Below are positions 36,827 through 49,750 of a DNA stretch of 64,000 nucleotides, one piece after another. The position numbers and the translations under genes are program-made. The notes under the pieces are model-generated. The model was not told the origin of the DNA, did not search any database, and was given only the letters and a program-made list of their open reading frames with translations. Numbering within the stretch: position 1 is the stretch's first letter; every line of letters starts with the position of its first letter. Source of the stretch: Octopus sinensis (taxonomy: Eukaryota); the NCBI RefSeq assembly GCF_006345805.1, contig NC_042998.1, positions 115,382,001 to 115,446,000 of the forward strand. The letters run 5' to 3'.

Positions 36827-37730
36827 TATCTATACAATATGTTACATTACTCGGTAGTCAAGATAAAACTCTGAGTTTCAGATGCCGAAGTGGAAATCCA
36901 CAACACCATCTCTTCGGTTATCTGGCTATTTGAAAACGTTATGAAAAAATACCGTTAAATAAAGGGAAATTACTCTGTTATAACTCTGCTTGCCTGCGTA
37001 CTTATACATCGCTCACATTTTTCGTCATAAAAATTATATAAAAATACATAAAAAATATATAAAAAATATATAAAAATATATAAATTCTTCTTGGAACATA
37101 ACATAGAAAGCATGTTCTATCTGTTTTCTTTAGGGGACCAAAAACGTAACAGAAACTTAGTCACATGTGGGCATGATCCGAAAAGCTCTGTCCTTGTATT
37201 TAGACATGTAGTAGGGTCTAAGCTGCTTTTCCAGATAAGCCATCTCTCCATGTCGCATAGACCGCACCTTCCGCTGCCGTTAGTATAGGGCTTACATCTG
37301 GCCAAAATCTTCCATTGTATGTTATAATCGACACCTTTATCTCTTAAAGACCAAATATGATTAGACAATTGTGTCGCTTTTCTTTTGTTCCAGTGCCTAA
37401 AGCTCAAAGTGTGGTTATTGAACCTGGCCTTGAAATTACCCTCTGTAAGGCCCACGTATTTCTTCGTCGAAACGGTGTCTTTAGTGGTTATAGAGTTTAC
37501 AGTAGCTTCATATATGATGGTCTTGGACATGCAAGCTCCATTTAGCGGGCACAATTCTTTATTCCTGCATGAACAGCTGTTTTCTTCTTGTGTTTTTTGT
37601 ATATTATGTTTGATTATGTTTTTAAAATTGGTAGTTGAACTAAAACTAATTTTTAAATTGTGTCTATTGAAGAGTTTCCTATAAGTATGGTTAACTGGAA
37701 AATGTCTATCTATCAGTGCTAGGAAATATT
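36827..37730 (-). mobile_element. Inverted 904-bp copy of the 3' part of Penelope-like element 2
   Basis: Reverse complement of 38285-39188 with about four substitutions; ORF track shows the same GIY-YIG peptide on both strands. Confidence 0.97.
36861..36923 (-). ncRNA. Hammerhead motif (mirror copy of 39092-39154)
   Basis: Reverse complement of the plus-strand motif. Confidence 0.7.
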
Positions 37731-37731
37731 A

Positions 37732-38898
37732 GGCATCTGTGATCTAATTGGACTTTTTCTCCTAGATACCTTAGGTAAGACATTCCCTAACGTACATTTC
37801 GCCATCTACAAAGATGATGCCCTCGCCTTAACAGCTAATACAAATGGACCAGCACAAGATCGTTTTAGGAAGGATATTATCCAGTTAATGAAGCACTTCG
37901 GACTTAGTATAACTATAGATACTAACTTGACGGTTGTCAATTTCTTAGACGTTTCCTTAGATCTTAATAAGAATATTTATAAGCCTTATAGGAAGCCCAA
38001 TGATAGACTAAGTTATATTAATGTAGGTTCATGCCATCCCCCTATAGTATTCAAAAATTTAGTTAAAAATATTAGTAAGAGGATTTCTAGCCTCTCATCT
38101 GATGAGGACATCTTCAATAGCGTTGCCCCAGTTTATAATAAGGCTTTAAAAGATAGTGGTTTTAGCGATAAAATAAAATATACACCTATCACTAGCCCAA
38201 CAGTAAAGAAAAGGAATAATAGAAATAGGAAGGTCATCTGGTTTACGCCTCCTTACTCACCCGAGGTGGCCTTCAATATAGGTAAATATTTCCTAGCACT
38301 GATAGATAGACATTTTCCAGTTAACCATACTTATAGGAAACTCTTCAATAGACACAATTTAAAAATTAGTTTTAGTTCAACTACCAATTTTAAAAACATA
38401 ATCAAACATAATATACAAAAAACGCAAGAAGAAAACAGCTGTTCATGCAGGAATAAAGAATTGTGCCCGCTAAATGGAGCTTGCATGTCCAAGACCATCA
38501 TATATGAAGCTACCGTAAACTCTATAACCACTAAAGACACCGTTTCGACGAAGAAATACGTGGGCCTTACAGAGGGTAATTTCAAGGCCAGGTTCAATAA
38601 CCACACTTTGAGCTTTAGGCACTGGAACAAAAGAAAAGCGACACAATTGTCTAATCATATTTGGTCTTTAAGAGATAAAGGTGTCGATTATAACATACAA
38701 TGGAAGATTTTGGCCAGATGTAAGCCCTATACTAACGGCAGCGGAAGGTGCGGTCTATGCGACATGGAGAGATGGCTTATCTGGAAAAGCAGCTTAGACC
38801 CCACTACATGTCTAAATACAAGGACAGAGCTTTTCGGATCATGCCCACATGTGACTAAGTTTCTGTTACGTTTTTGGTCCCCTAAAGAAAACAGATAG
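37732..38898 (+). CDS. Penelope-like element 2, 5'-truncated RT + GIY-YIG ORF
   Basis: Frame open from 37732 (GICDLIGLFLL...YKDD at 37807-37818), then NFLDV, PYRKP, VIWFTPP, CSCR..CPL.G.C, IIY..YVG, CGLC..CPH. Confidence 0.93.
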   Translation, partial: GICDLIGLFLLDTLGKTFPNVHFAIYKDDALALTANTNGPAQDRFRKDIIQLMKHFGLSITIDTNLTVVNFLDVSLDLNKNIYKPYRKPNDRLSYINVGSCHPPIVFKNLVKNISKRISSLSSDEDIFNSVAPVYNKALKDSGFSDKIKYTPITSPTVKKRNNRNRKVIWFTPPYSPEVAFNIGKYFLALIDRHFPVNHTYRKLFNRHNLKISFSSTTNFKNIIKHNIQKTQEENSCSCRNKELCPLNGACMSKTIIYEATVNSITTKDTVSTKKYVGLTEGNFKARFNNHTLSFRHWNKRKATQLSNHIWSLRDKGVDYNIQWKILARCKPYTNGSGRCGLCDMERWLIWKSSLDPTTCLNTRTELFGSCPHVTKFLLRFWSPKENR

Positions 38899-39091
38899 AA
38901 CATGCTTTCTATGTTATGTCCCAAGAAGAATTTATATATTTTTATATATTTTTTATATATTTTTTATGTATTTTTATATAATTTTTATGACGAAAAATGT
39001 GAGCGATGTATAAGTACACAGGCAAGCAGAGTTATAACAGAGTAATTTCCCTTTATTTAACGGTATTTTTTCATAACGTTTTCAAATAGCC

Positions 39092-39154
39092 AGATAACCG
39101 AAGAGATGGTGTTGTGGATTTCCACTTCGGCATCTGAAACTCAGAGTTTTATCT
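39092..39154 (+). ncRNA. Type I hammerhead motif in 3' UTR of PLE 2
   Basis: AGATAA-CCGAAGA-GATG...CATC-T-GAAAC-TCAGA-GTT-TTATCT; 6-bp stem I, U4C core variant. Confidence 0.72.
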
Positions 39155-39330
39155 TGACTACCGAGTAATGTAACATATTGTATAGATATCTCTCTATATA
39201 TATATCTTTATATATTTATATTTATATATACATACATACATACATACACACATGCATGCACACACACACATATGTATATATATATATATATATACACATG
39301 TATGTCTGTGTGTGTATGTGCATGTATTTA

Positions 39331-39361
<31 letters not shown>

Positions 39362-39419
39362 GTACATATATACACACATGCACGCACACACACACATATG
39401 TATATATTTATATATACAG

Positions 39420-39560
39420 AAATGGCTGTGCGGTAAGATCTTGCTTCACAACCACATGGTTCCGGGTTCTGACCCACTGCGTGGCACCTTGATAGCCTTG
39501 GACCGACCAATGCCTGCGAGTGGATTTGGTTGATGGAAAGTCAATGAAGCCCGTCGCGTA
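39420..39560 (+). mobile_element. SINE family B, 5' part
   Basis: GGCTGTGCGGTAAG...CAACCACATGGTTCCGGGTTC..CCCACTGCGTGGCACCTTG. Confidence 0.8.
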
Positions 39561-39599
39561 TATCTATGGATCTCTCTCTCTCTCTCTCTGTTAATACAA

Positions 39600-40618
39600 T
39601 TGTTTATGTCTCCTTCCTCTCTTTCGTCCAATCTTTCCATCCAGCCCTCCACTTCACTTCCACTATCTCCAACACCTCTGTCTCCTTCCTCGACATTTCG
39701 GTTAGCATTCTTCACTCCACTCTTACCACCTCCATTCACTACAAACACACAGACTCACACTCATACCTCAACTTCTCTTCCTCCCACCCAGAACACACCA
39801 AGCTTTCCATCCCCTATTCCCAATTCCTCCGTCTACGTAGGCTCTGTAGTGACGACCATGACTTTGAGACTCAGTCTCAACGTATGGCTCACCACTTCAC
39901 CCTACGTGGATACCCCCTCACCACTATCCACACCGCCCTTGCCAGAGCACGGTCCGTGGACCGTGTATCTGCTCTCTCTCCCCGAACCCGCACTGTAGTC
40001 TCCCGCCTCCCTTTTCCCCTCACTTACCACCCCACGACCCTACGTCTCCAACGCACCATTCTTCGAGCTTTCCGTCATCTCCAGTCCGACCCGTCCACTT
40101 CACACCTCTTCCCTAACCGACCCCTCCCCTCTTTCAAACGAGCCCACAACCTTCGAGACCTTTTGGTCCATAGCTCCTTCCCTGACCCTACCTCCCAACC
40201 CGGCTCGTTCCCCTGCTCCCGCCCACGTTGCCGCACTTGCCCTTACCTCTCCAACACCACCCGCCTCACTAGCACCCACCATCGACCCTATCCCATCATC
40301 CATTCCTTCACCTGCACCTCCAGCAATATTATCTATTGCGTCTCTTGCTCTCTCTGCAATTCCTTGTACATCGGACAAACGGGACGCCGCTTGGCTGACC
40401 GGTTCGCGGAACACCTTCGTGACATCCACCTTGCGAACGACACACCGGTCTCACGCCATTTCCGCTCCACCGGTCACTCCTTGCAACACCTATCTGTGTT
40501 CGGTTTGTCCTTACACAGAGGCCATCCGGATTCCTGTTTGCGCCGTGAACAGGAATTAATCTTCTCTCTTCGCTCTTATACGCCATTTGGTCTCAACTCT
40601 CTCCCCCTCCTCATCTAA
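39600..40618 (+). CDS. Penelope-like element 3, 5'-truncated RT thumb + GIY-YIG endonuclease
   Basis: SFLDI, YKHTDSHSYL, SSHP..K.SIPYSQFLRLRRLCS, C.RPRC..C, IIYC..C..C..LYIGQTGR....RF.EH, HF...H, REQ..I..L..P.GLN; different lineage from PLE 1 and 2. The ORF-track start at 39566 lies in a microsatellite. Confidence 0.92.
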
Positions 40619-41506
40619 CCCCCCTCTCCCCCCTCCTCACCTATCCTTCCCCCCGACCCCTACTTCTTCTGTCCTTCATCCTTTCACCCCTACTCCCCTT
40701 CCCTTCTTCCTTCTTCCCTCTTTCTCCCTCCCTCCTTCCCTCTTCCCTCTGCTCCCTCACTCCCCTTCTCTCTCCCCCTCCCCTCCCCCTCTTTCCTCCT
40801 TCCTCCCCCTCCTCTCTCTCTCCCCCCTCCTCTCTCTCTCCCCCCTCCTCTCCTCTTCCCCCTCTCTCCCCCTCTTCTTCCCCTCCCCTTCTCTCCCCCT
40901 CTTCTCCCCCTCCCCTCTTCTCCTCACTACACACACGACTTTACACATCACATCATATATGATGTGCCATACTAATACATACACCAACTAATACATACTA
41001 ATACGTACTAATACATACTAATACGTACTAATACATACTAATACAAACTAATACATACACCAACCCTATACATACACACGTCCAGACCCCTCATACGCAC
41101 TTATACTCTCTCATACACACACACACACACTTATACATACTAATACGTACTAATACATACTAATACATACACCAACCCCTACATACGCCTGTCCAGACCT
41201 ATCCTAGGGTCATTCAACCCTATTATCAACCCTACTATCTCCCCTTATTTCGCTCTCGCGTCTCATGTTTGATCTTTGACCTCTGGCCGAAATCAGATCG
41301 CCATGTTGATTCGTTAGTTACTGCACGCATTTTTTTCTCTCCTTCTTTCTGTGTTTTTTTTCTCTCTGTGTATCTTTCTGTTGAAGAGCGTAGGCTCGAA
41401 ACGTTAAAGACTTGTTTTATTTATATTTCCTGAGCGCCATACTAATACAATTGTTTGTTTGTTTCCACCTGCCTTCGTCTTTTGTCTATTTTCATAAAGC
41501 TTCCCG

Positions 41507-41510
<4 letters not shown>
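40619..41510 (+). mobile_element. 3' UTR / terminal repeat of PLE 3 (CT-rich tract, 10-bp minisatellite, hammerhead-like motif)
   Basis: Follows the stop codon directly; distal part is shared with the solo copy at 18806-19000. Confidence 0.7.
41373..41410 (+). ncRNA. Minimal hammerhead-like motif of PLE 3
   Basis: TCTTT-CTGTTGA-A-GAGC-GTAG-GCTC-GAAAC-GTT-AAAGA; A6U core deviation. Confidence 0.6.
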
Positions 41511-41554
<44 letters not shown>

Positions 41555-41584
41555 TATATATTATATATATATATATATACATGT

Positions 41585-41790
41585 TTGTGTGTCTGTGTTT
41601 CACCACCATCACTTGACAACCGATGCTGGTGTGTTTAGGTCCCCGAAAACTAACGGTTCTGTAAATCAGACTGATAAAATACGTACTAGGTTCACAAAGA
41701 ATTAGTCCTGGGATAGATTTGTTCGACTAAAGACAGTGCTCCAGTATAGTCGCAGTCAAAATGACTGAAACAAGTAAAAGAATGAAAGAA
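41585..41790 (+). mobile_element. SINE family B, 3' part
   Basis: TTGACAACCGATGCTGGTGTGTTT...GAATTAGTCCTGGG...GCAGTCAAAATGACTGAAACAAGTAAAAGA. Confidence 0.75.
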
Positions 41791-43904
41791 TATATATGTA
41801 GGTGTGTGTATATGTACATATATCTTGCGTACTCTTTTGTTATTATTAGTATCAACAAAAAAAGTACTCCGACAACAAGATATTATATACACACACACAC
41901 ATTATTGTTACGAGGTCAGAAACTGGATAAATAAAAAGGAAAGGAAAGGAACAGCGGATTGTATTAACCGTGTATTGGCTATTACTTTATTTCTTTTTTT
42001 TCATGTATTAAACCCATAAGGATAATAAGATAAGTTAATCTCAACTGATTTTAAGCACAAAACGTGAAGGGAGAGAACAAATGTAGCAATGCTGCGCTAT
42101 TTAGTTGAACGACGCTCTAACGATTCTTAGATTTTGTCTAACGTTTTACTGATTTCGCTATAATCAAATAATAATAAATTATTTGTCAGAAATAGTTCTA
42201 ATAGGAGGACTAGCCAATTAACTTCATGGGAACCATTTTAGACTGCGGAAGCCTTCGCAAGGTTATCATTGATACCAATATAATTAGGAAAAAGTGAGTG
42301 ATGAAAAATGTAAGAAAAAGCAAGTTCAAACATAGAAAAGAAAAGAAAAATAGAGTATAGTGGACGATAATTGAAGTAAGAGCACAATGGAACGATATTC
42401 ATTTCAGGTTATTGAAATGACCCTTAAAAATAAATTTGACAAAAGTCTATAATGGTCGACATCCATGCATTATAATCATTCACAGAAGAAGTCAGTCTCA
42501 TAAATGAGACTCAACCCTTTATTATCTCCCTCTAAATTGTCCACTATTTTAACGTCACCAATTCTTTTAATGAAGATAATGAACATATCTTTTCGTCAGA
42601 TTTTATTTCTATTTATTACTTTTTATTCCAAGATATTTCAATTTTCTTAGGTTTTTTTTGTAGCTACAGTTTTCGGAAACATTTTATCCAGTTTAAAGTT
42701 TATTAGTCCCGATTTAATGAGTAAAAAGCAAATGCCTGTAGATCTTTTTTAGTCTGTTAGATTTTGTGTGCGCGTCTATATGTCTAAGTATGCGTGTGTT
42801 GTGAGCGGGCGTATGTGCTTATGTGTGTATATTTGTGTGCGCGTGTATGTGTGTGTGTGCATGTGGGTATTTGTGTATGTATGTGTGTATGTAAGTGTAT
42901 ACATGTGCGTGTGTTCGTGTTTTATATTTTTATGTTTTTCTTCGACGATTGAAAAATCACTTGGCATTTTTGTTTTAGTCAAAAAAACTCAAGTGATTTG
43001 TGAATACGAGAGTAATTTTTTGCGTGTCTGTGTATGTGTGTATGTACGTGTGTGTAAGTCTGTGTGTGTACGTGTGTGTATAGGTGTGTTTTTATATGTA
43101 TGGATATGCATATTTTTGGCTATACGAATGTGTGTGTGGGTGTGTTTGATAACTCTTTATATATGTGTGTATAAAATTTTGTCCGAATTAACGTTCTGAG
43201 CTCAACTACCGCCAGAGTCATCATTTCGGTGTCGGTAAATACGTACCAATTGAGTACTGGGTCGATATAATCGACATGTCCTTACCCAGGATATCGCTGG
43301 CCTTGTGCCAAAATTTGAAACCAATGAATACTAACTTCTGCTAAAGTCACTAGACAAAACATTTGAGAGAAATGTGTAATCGAATACGTATATGTCAGTT
43401 GTGACTAGTTTTATTTTTTTTTATTTTTTCACTTTATCAATTTCAAAAACACGAAGAATAAATTGTCCCCGACAGAAGTTGAAATCGGGACGCAAAGAGA
43501 TGTAACGAAGTAACACAGGAAATCGATTCACATAGACTATAAAAAATTACAAACCGTCCATGTGATTGATATATACCTGCAAAGAATTCTCAGTCAAATC
43601 TACTTTTGGTAACACACTCTTACTGAACACTCTATTGCACTCTTAGTTGTGGCGAGGCCCCTGCTGTCATTTGAGCCATAGCTCGCAGATTTTCCCAGGC
43701 CACAGAGAAATAGAAGAAATATCAAGAATTATTCTTTGTGACGCTGTTACATCTCTGCCAATTCACTGCTTTTGTATTTACAGTATTCATACTAAGTTCT
43801 TCAAATTACTGCAATTATGTAAATTGTAGAGATCTGAAAATTTGCATGAGCGTTTGTTCAAAGTCCTTGTTAAAGTTATCTTATTCTTATAAATATCATT
43901 TATT

Positions 43905-44116
43905 CTTTTCTGCTCTAAGCACAAGGCCCGAAATTTTGATGGATGGAGGTGAGTCGATTGGATCGACCCCAGTTCGCAACTATTACTTAATTTATCGACC
44001 CCTAAAAGATGAAAGGTAAAGTCGACCTCGGCAGAATTTGAACTCAGAACGCAGCGGCGGACGAAATACCGCTAAGCATTTCGCCCGGCGTGCTAAAGTT
44101 TCTGCCAGCTCGTCGA
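43905..44116 (-). mobile_element. SINE family A
   Basis: Reverse complement of family A head and body. Confidence 0.8.
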
Positions 44117-45030
44117 CTTATAAACATTATTTATTGCATCATTCATAATATTGACTTCAAATTCGATGAATCAACGTCGTGGAAATTTCCAAGTATCACA
44201 ACAGAGATCAGCTAGAATGAGCTACTGTACTTTACATGGTAGTGTGTACTCACTTCCCTTTCTTCAAAAAAAAAACGGACACACATAGGCGCACTTATAC
44301 ACAACCCAATATACTCACACACAAACACGCATATATACACAGAGAACAAGAGAAGCAGAAAGAGAAGTACAAACATAAATCCATTGATATAGTGACAGAT
44401 ATATAAATTGGCATATATTTGCTCTCCCTCACTCTTTTTCTCGCCCTTACTCTCTCAATTCATCTCTGTCTCAGTTTGTGTCTGTCTTCCATTCTTTAAA
44501 CAACTATAAAAAAAATCACTCACGCACATCCAATCACATACGCACATAAATAGAGAGAGAGAGAGCGAGAGAGCGAGCGAGAGAGAGAGAGAGAAAGAGA
44601 GAGCGAGAGGAAGAGAGAGTGGTCGGGGTGCGGTGGGAGAGCATTAGAAGTGTGAAATTGTAAAAGGAATTAGAGAAAGACTAGAGGGAGAAAACATGTT
44701 GGTGAGAGGGAGCAACACGCACAAGAAAAGGAGAGAGTAAGCTATAGAAATCAGTCTAATATGAACATCGTTTTTTTTTTCTTTGCACACAACTAAAGTC
44801 AGTTGTGTGACATTGTCAATATAAAGCAAACTGGTATTTTAACAAAGGGACATAATAGACATTTCTGAAAACATTTTCAACATAAACAGTATCAATTACC
44901 ATGAAAATATCTAAAAGAACAATTTTAAAAAAAATAAGGAAATATTTTACACATGTCACTGATAACATTTTTCTTTTCATTTTTAGATATCTATAGAAGT
45001 CTTTTATTATTATTATTATTATTATTATTA

Positions 45031-45065
<35 letters not shown>

Positions 45066-45297
45066 TTTATTATTATTATTATATATTTTACTTTTTGATT
45101 GATTAACTGTTATTTGTCATGTCGCCTGATCGATAACTTCCATGAGCTATAAAATTTCTAAAAACAACAAAAAGAAGAAAAAACAAGTAAGAGGAAAAAT
45201 GAAAGAAACTAAAAATGAAGAGTTCTTTTTCAAAATGTTCCCCTATGATGATTCTATGAACAAGTGACAACAATAAGAGTAATAATAATACTGATAA

Positions 45298-45331
<34 letters not shown>

Positions 45332-45359
45332 GATGATAATAATAATAATAATAATAATA

Positions 45360-45406
<47 letters not shown>

Positions 45407-45616
45407 CAACGATGATAATAGTGAAGGATTAGGATGAGGATGATGAAGATGATGTTGTTCATGATGACAATGATGATGATGCCGGCGAGAAATATTTCCA
45501 TTGTTTAACCACAATGGCCTCATGCTTAGCTACCTAAGCTACAGAGGAGAAAACAAGATGGAAAGCAATTTCACAGAGTTGATTTTCGTCCTTGCACTGT
45601 CCTTCATGCCTTAGAC

Positions 45617-45830
45617 GATGTATGGGCAACCTGCGGTCTGCGGGCCGCATGCGGCCCTTGATGTGTTTCGGAGTTGCTAATTTCATACTAAGACGACATT
45701 AAGAACTGCCAAAAATTCAGTGTAAAGTGGGCAAGTCATATTTCATGCATATGCGTTTTATCATGCGGCCCTCTCCCACTTGGGAATGGTACGATGCGGC
45801 CCCAAGTTGGCGAAAAGTTGCCCATCCCTA
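45617..45830. mobile_element. hAT/Charlie-like MITE (degenerate)
   Basis: Ends ATGGGCAAC / GTTGCCCATCCCTA and internal GCGGGCCGCATGCGGCCC typical of Charlie-type non-autonomous hATs; no clean 8-bp TSD. Confidence 0.6.
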
Positions 45831-46038
45831 AGGATAAGTCCCTAAATACTGAGTTGTATTTCTTCCATTTCTTCACGTTCTCAGCTCAAATGCTATCGAG
45901 ATTGAATTTGCCTTTCAACGTTTCGTGGTCGATAACTTAAGTAACAGTTGATTACTAAAGTTAGGGTAATCAACTAGCCCACTCGCCCAAAATTTAGGGC
46001 CTTGTGTTTCTAGTACAATTATTGTTATTATTATTACA

Positions 46039-46107
<69 letters not shown>

Positions 46108-46658
46108 GAGTGAGAGAGCAGTGCATGCCATCAAAGTGACACTGGGGTAAAATATACGAAGCCCAATATACCCATCATGACTACCCGTCTGATAAAGGTA
46201 CACCAGGCACATGCATCACACCCATATGTGCGCGACATGGTGATCTCATATCAAGATAAACAGCACATGACCTTGCAGGTAGGGCCAGTTAGAATTTTCT
46301 TCAGGTTGAGTAGCCCATCCCGCTCAAAAGGTCCCTGAATAAGGGTTGTTTAAGGATGTTGAAAGAACCACCCATGTTTCCAGAGGTGAATTATTCAACC
46401 CCAAAGAATCCCTCTCAACACATGGCTATGATGCTTCCCCACTACTTCTGCTCGTGATCAGAGATGCACATATCGTCAGCCACTAAGGGACATGCTCAAC
46501 TGGTTAAGGTCAAACAACTGACAAGCAATCTGTGGTATTGAGCAGAATATTTGCTGTAGCCCATCTTTTATACCAAGACAAAACAATGTACATGATAACA
46601 CTTCCAATCAGTTAAGATCAGAAGCCATGAGAGCCACTGCCTGGTACTGCATCAGGGC
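46108..46658 (-). mobile_element. ~550-bp non-coding repeat family embedded in (AAT)n, copy 1 (longest)
   Basis: Four colinear copies in window; each ends CTCTCACT(C) running into (AAT)n in element orientation. Confidence 0.85.
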
Positions 46659-46744
46659 TATTATTATTATTATTATTATTATTATTATCATTATTATTAT
46701 TATTATTATTATTATCATCATCATCATCATCATCATTATTATTA

Positions 46745-46807
<63 letters not shown>

Positions 46808-46811
46808 TATT

Positions 46812-47291
46812 GAAATAGTGAGAGAGAGGGAGCAGTCCATACCATTAAAGTGACACTGGGGTACAAAGATACGAAGCCCAATATACCTATCAGGACTACC
46901 CGTCTAATAAGGGTACACCAAGCACATGCATCAAACAGCGCATGATCTTGCAAGTCAAGTAACCTATCCCGCTCAAAAGCTCCTTAAATAAGGGTTGTTT
47001 AAGGATGTTGAACGAAGCCAGAGATGAATTATTCAAACCCAAAAGAATTCGTCTCAACACATGCCTATCATGCTCCCTCACTACCTCTGGTTGTGGTGAG
47101 AAAGGCACATATTGTCAGCCACCAAAGGACATATGCAACTGGTTAAGGTAAAAAAACTGACAAGCAAATCTGTAGTATTGAGCAGAATATTTGCTGTAGC
47201 CCATATTTTAGACCAAGGCAAAACAATGTACATGTTAACACTTCAAATCAGTTAAGATCAGAAGCCACCAGAGCCAGTGCCTGGTACTGCA

Positions 47292-47292
<1 letters not shown>
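46812..47292 (-). mobile_element. AAT-embedded family, copy 2 (diverged, internal deletion)
   Basis: Colinear with 46108-46658; flanked by (TTA)n on both sides. Confidence 0.8.
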
Positions 47293-47333
<41 letters not shown>

Positions 47334-47910
47334 GATGATGATCATCATCATCATTATTACTTTTATTGGTTTCAATTTAGATAAAAAGACAGAAAGTTTG
47401 AGAGATTGAGATTTATCGATACCATCGACCCCGGGACTGAATTAGAAACCTGCAACCGTCATAATGTTGCTTCATCCCTCTAGGATAGATAAAACATTTG
47501 AGAAGTAATATTGCTGCTGTTCTCATCATGCAAAATGTCCGGCTTAGTGCGTGCGTCAGAACCGTATATTAAATTTATTGATGCCATGAGTGCTCCTTAT
47601 GTGACCCTATGTAATTTGCACTCCAATTGTTGCGTAAATATCCTTTTAATATAATAGGCGCTGACATGGCCGTGTAGTCCCGCTTCGTGGTTTCATGTAC
47701 AGTTTCTTTCTCATTCCTAGCCGACAAATTTCTTATGAGTGAATTAAAAAAAAAGTGGAAGCTCTTTGGAAGCCGGTCCTATTCCTTAAATCTCTCATTC
47801 TGTCTTTTGTCAGCCCAATACCCAATATCTCTCTCTCTCTCTCACTGCATTTATGTTGTCTGTCCTTCATATACATTACATACATACATACATACATTAT
47901 ATATATATAT

Positions 47911-48180
47911 GAAGAGCGTCGGGATCACAATCAAGAGGTAGTGAATTCGATATCCAAGACCTGGCTGCGTGTTGTGTTCTTGTGAAAGCAGTTTATTTCA
48001 CGTTGGTCCACTTCACTCCGCAGTAGAAATAATAAGTTGCGACGTCACTGGTGCCATACTGTTTTGTCTTTTACTTTCTCTTTGATAACATCTGTAGTTT
48101 GGAGAGGGGAGACTGGTATGCATGGGCGACTGCTGGTCTTCCACAAACAACCTTACTTGGACTTGTGCAACCTCATGGTC
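47911..48180 (+). mobile_element. SINE family C (degenerate)
   Basis: GTGAATTCGATATCC...GTTGTGTTCTTG...TTTATTTCACGTTG, shared with 62690 copy. Confidence 0.6.
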
Positions 48181-48910
48181 ATTCATTACAGAAAGGGCTC
48201 TTTATATAAAGCTGTGTATGTATGCTGTATATATATATACACACACATGAGATAAATGTTTTAAAAAAATTTGGGCAAATGAGAAAATAAACAAAATATG
48301 TGAGGCAATGGAGACAAACTCAAATATATTGTATTATAGGTTGTTTGAGGATCCAATAATAATTGGGTAAAAACTCCCTTTTTCAAATACAGGGAAGGAG
48401 ATAGCTTTCGGAGAAACTTATTGTTATTGACAGATCATTATAGTATTTGAAAGCGACATCCCCTTTGTTGCAAGCATTCGGGTTGGGTCTTCGAGTTGAG
48501 GATATCTTCCTTTCTTACTACCAGATTCTGTGATCCTTAATATATATAGAATCAAGGATATTTATATATTCACCAAATCTGAAGGTTAAGCAAATCCCAC
48601 CATTTTATTATTCCTCATTGCACTGTCCACCATTCTTTCCCTAATAAAGAACGTAACCTTAGGTTATTGTATACCCACTATGTAAATATTAGTGTAAATA
48701 TTTCATTTCATTGTAAGGTCTGAATTATTTATTTTATTTTTATGCCTGCTTTTGAAACTCTATAAAGAAAAACATCCCAACAATTTATAGTTTTCCCTTG
48801 TAATATCTTTCATTTTTAACCCTTGTGGCAATAAAGAAATCATTGTTCAAATTATTTTCTGCCTTTCTTCCTCCTTCTTCTTCGTCAGCATCTTTTACTT
48901 CAAATTGTAA

Positions 48911-48961
<51 letters not shown>

Positions 48962-49234
48962 TGTTCCTGCAGTTTTAAACGGTATGAAAGAAAAATGAGT
49001 GTGAGTGAGACAGAAAGAGAGAGAGAGAGGGGGGAGAGAGGGAGAGAGAGGGAGAGAGGAGAGTGCTTGAAAAAAATGAACATAATGATTTTCTTGTTTA
49101 ACAATTTTTTTCTTCCGACCTCTTGAATGCTGTATCAATTTGCCAATTGACATACAATATTGTCCTCGTAAATAACTATTTAAAGTGTTTTAAACAGCTA
49201 TGACATGAAATAACGAAGTAGATCGTTTCACATT

Positions 49235-49430
49235 CTTCTTCTCTTTCTTCTTCTCCTTCTTCTCTTCTTCTTCTTCTCTTTCTTCTTCTTCTTCTTCTTC
49301 TTCTTCTTCTTCTTCTTCTTCTTCTTCTTCTTCTTCTTCTTCTTCTTCTTCTTCTTCTCTTCTTCTTCTTCTTTTTCTCCTCCTCCTCCTTCTTGAATAA
49401 TAATAATGATAATAATAATAACAATAATAA

Positions 49431-49503
<73 letters not shown>

Positions 49504-49525
49504 CATTATTATTATTATTATTAGA
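49235..49525. repeat. (CTT)n followed by (TAA)n/(TTA)n arrays
   Basis: Direct reading. Confidence 0.95.
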
Positions 49526-49711
49526 TGTATTTGCGGCATTTATTTTTTGTTTCAGCATCACATTCAGTATAACATTCAAAAGGCAGTTTATTTGAACATA
49601 AGCGAGCATAATGGGTATTTGTATAGGTGAAATATTGTTAATTAACTTAGAGCTTTTGAAACAGGTGTATAAACAGGGAAGTAAAAAACACAGCTTCACC
49701 ACCACCACTAA

Positions 49712-49750
<39 letters not shown>

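Noticed and set aside
40975-41200. CRISPR-like array
   Set aside because: Eukaryotic context, 10-bp head-to-tail units without unique spacers, no cas genes.
46590-46658. HDV-like ribozyme at the 5' end of the AAT-embedded family
   Set aside because: Tried P1/P3/L3 pairing by eye; P1 partner and L3 consensus not found.
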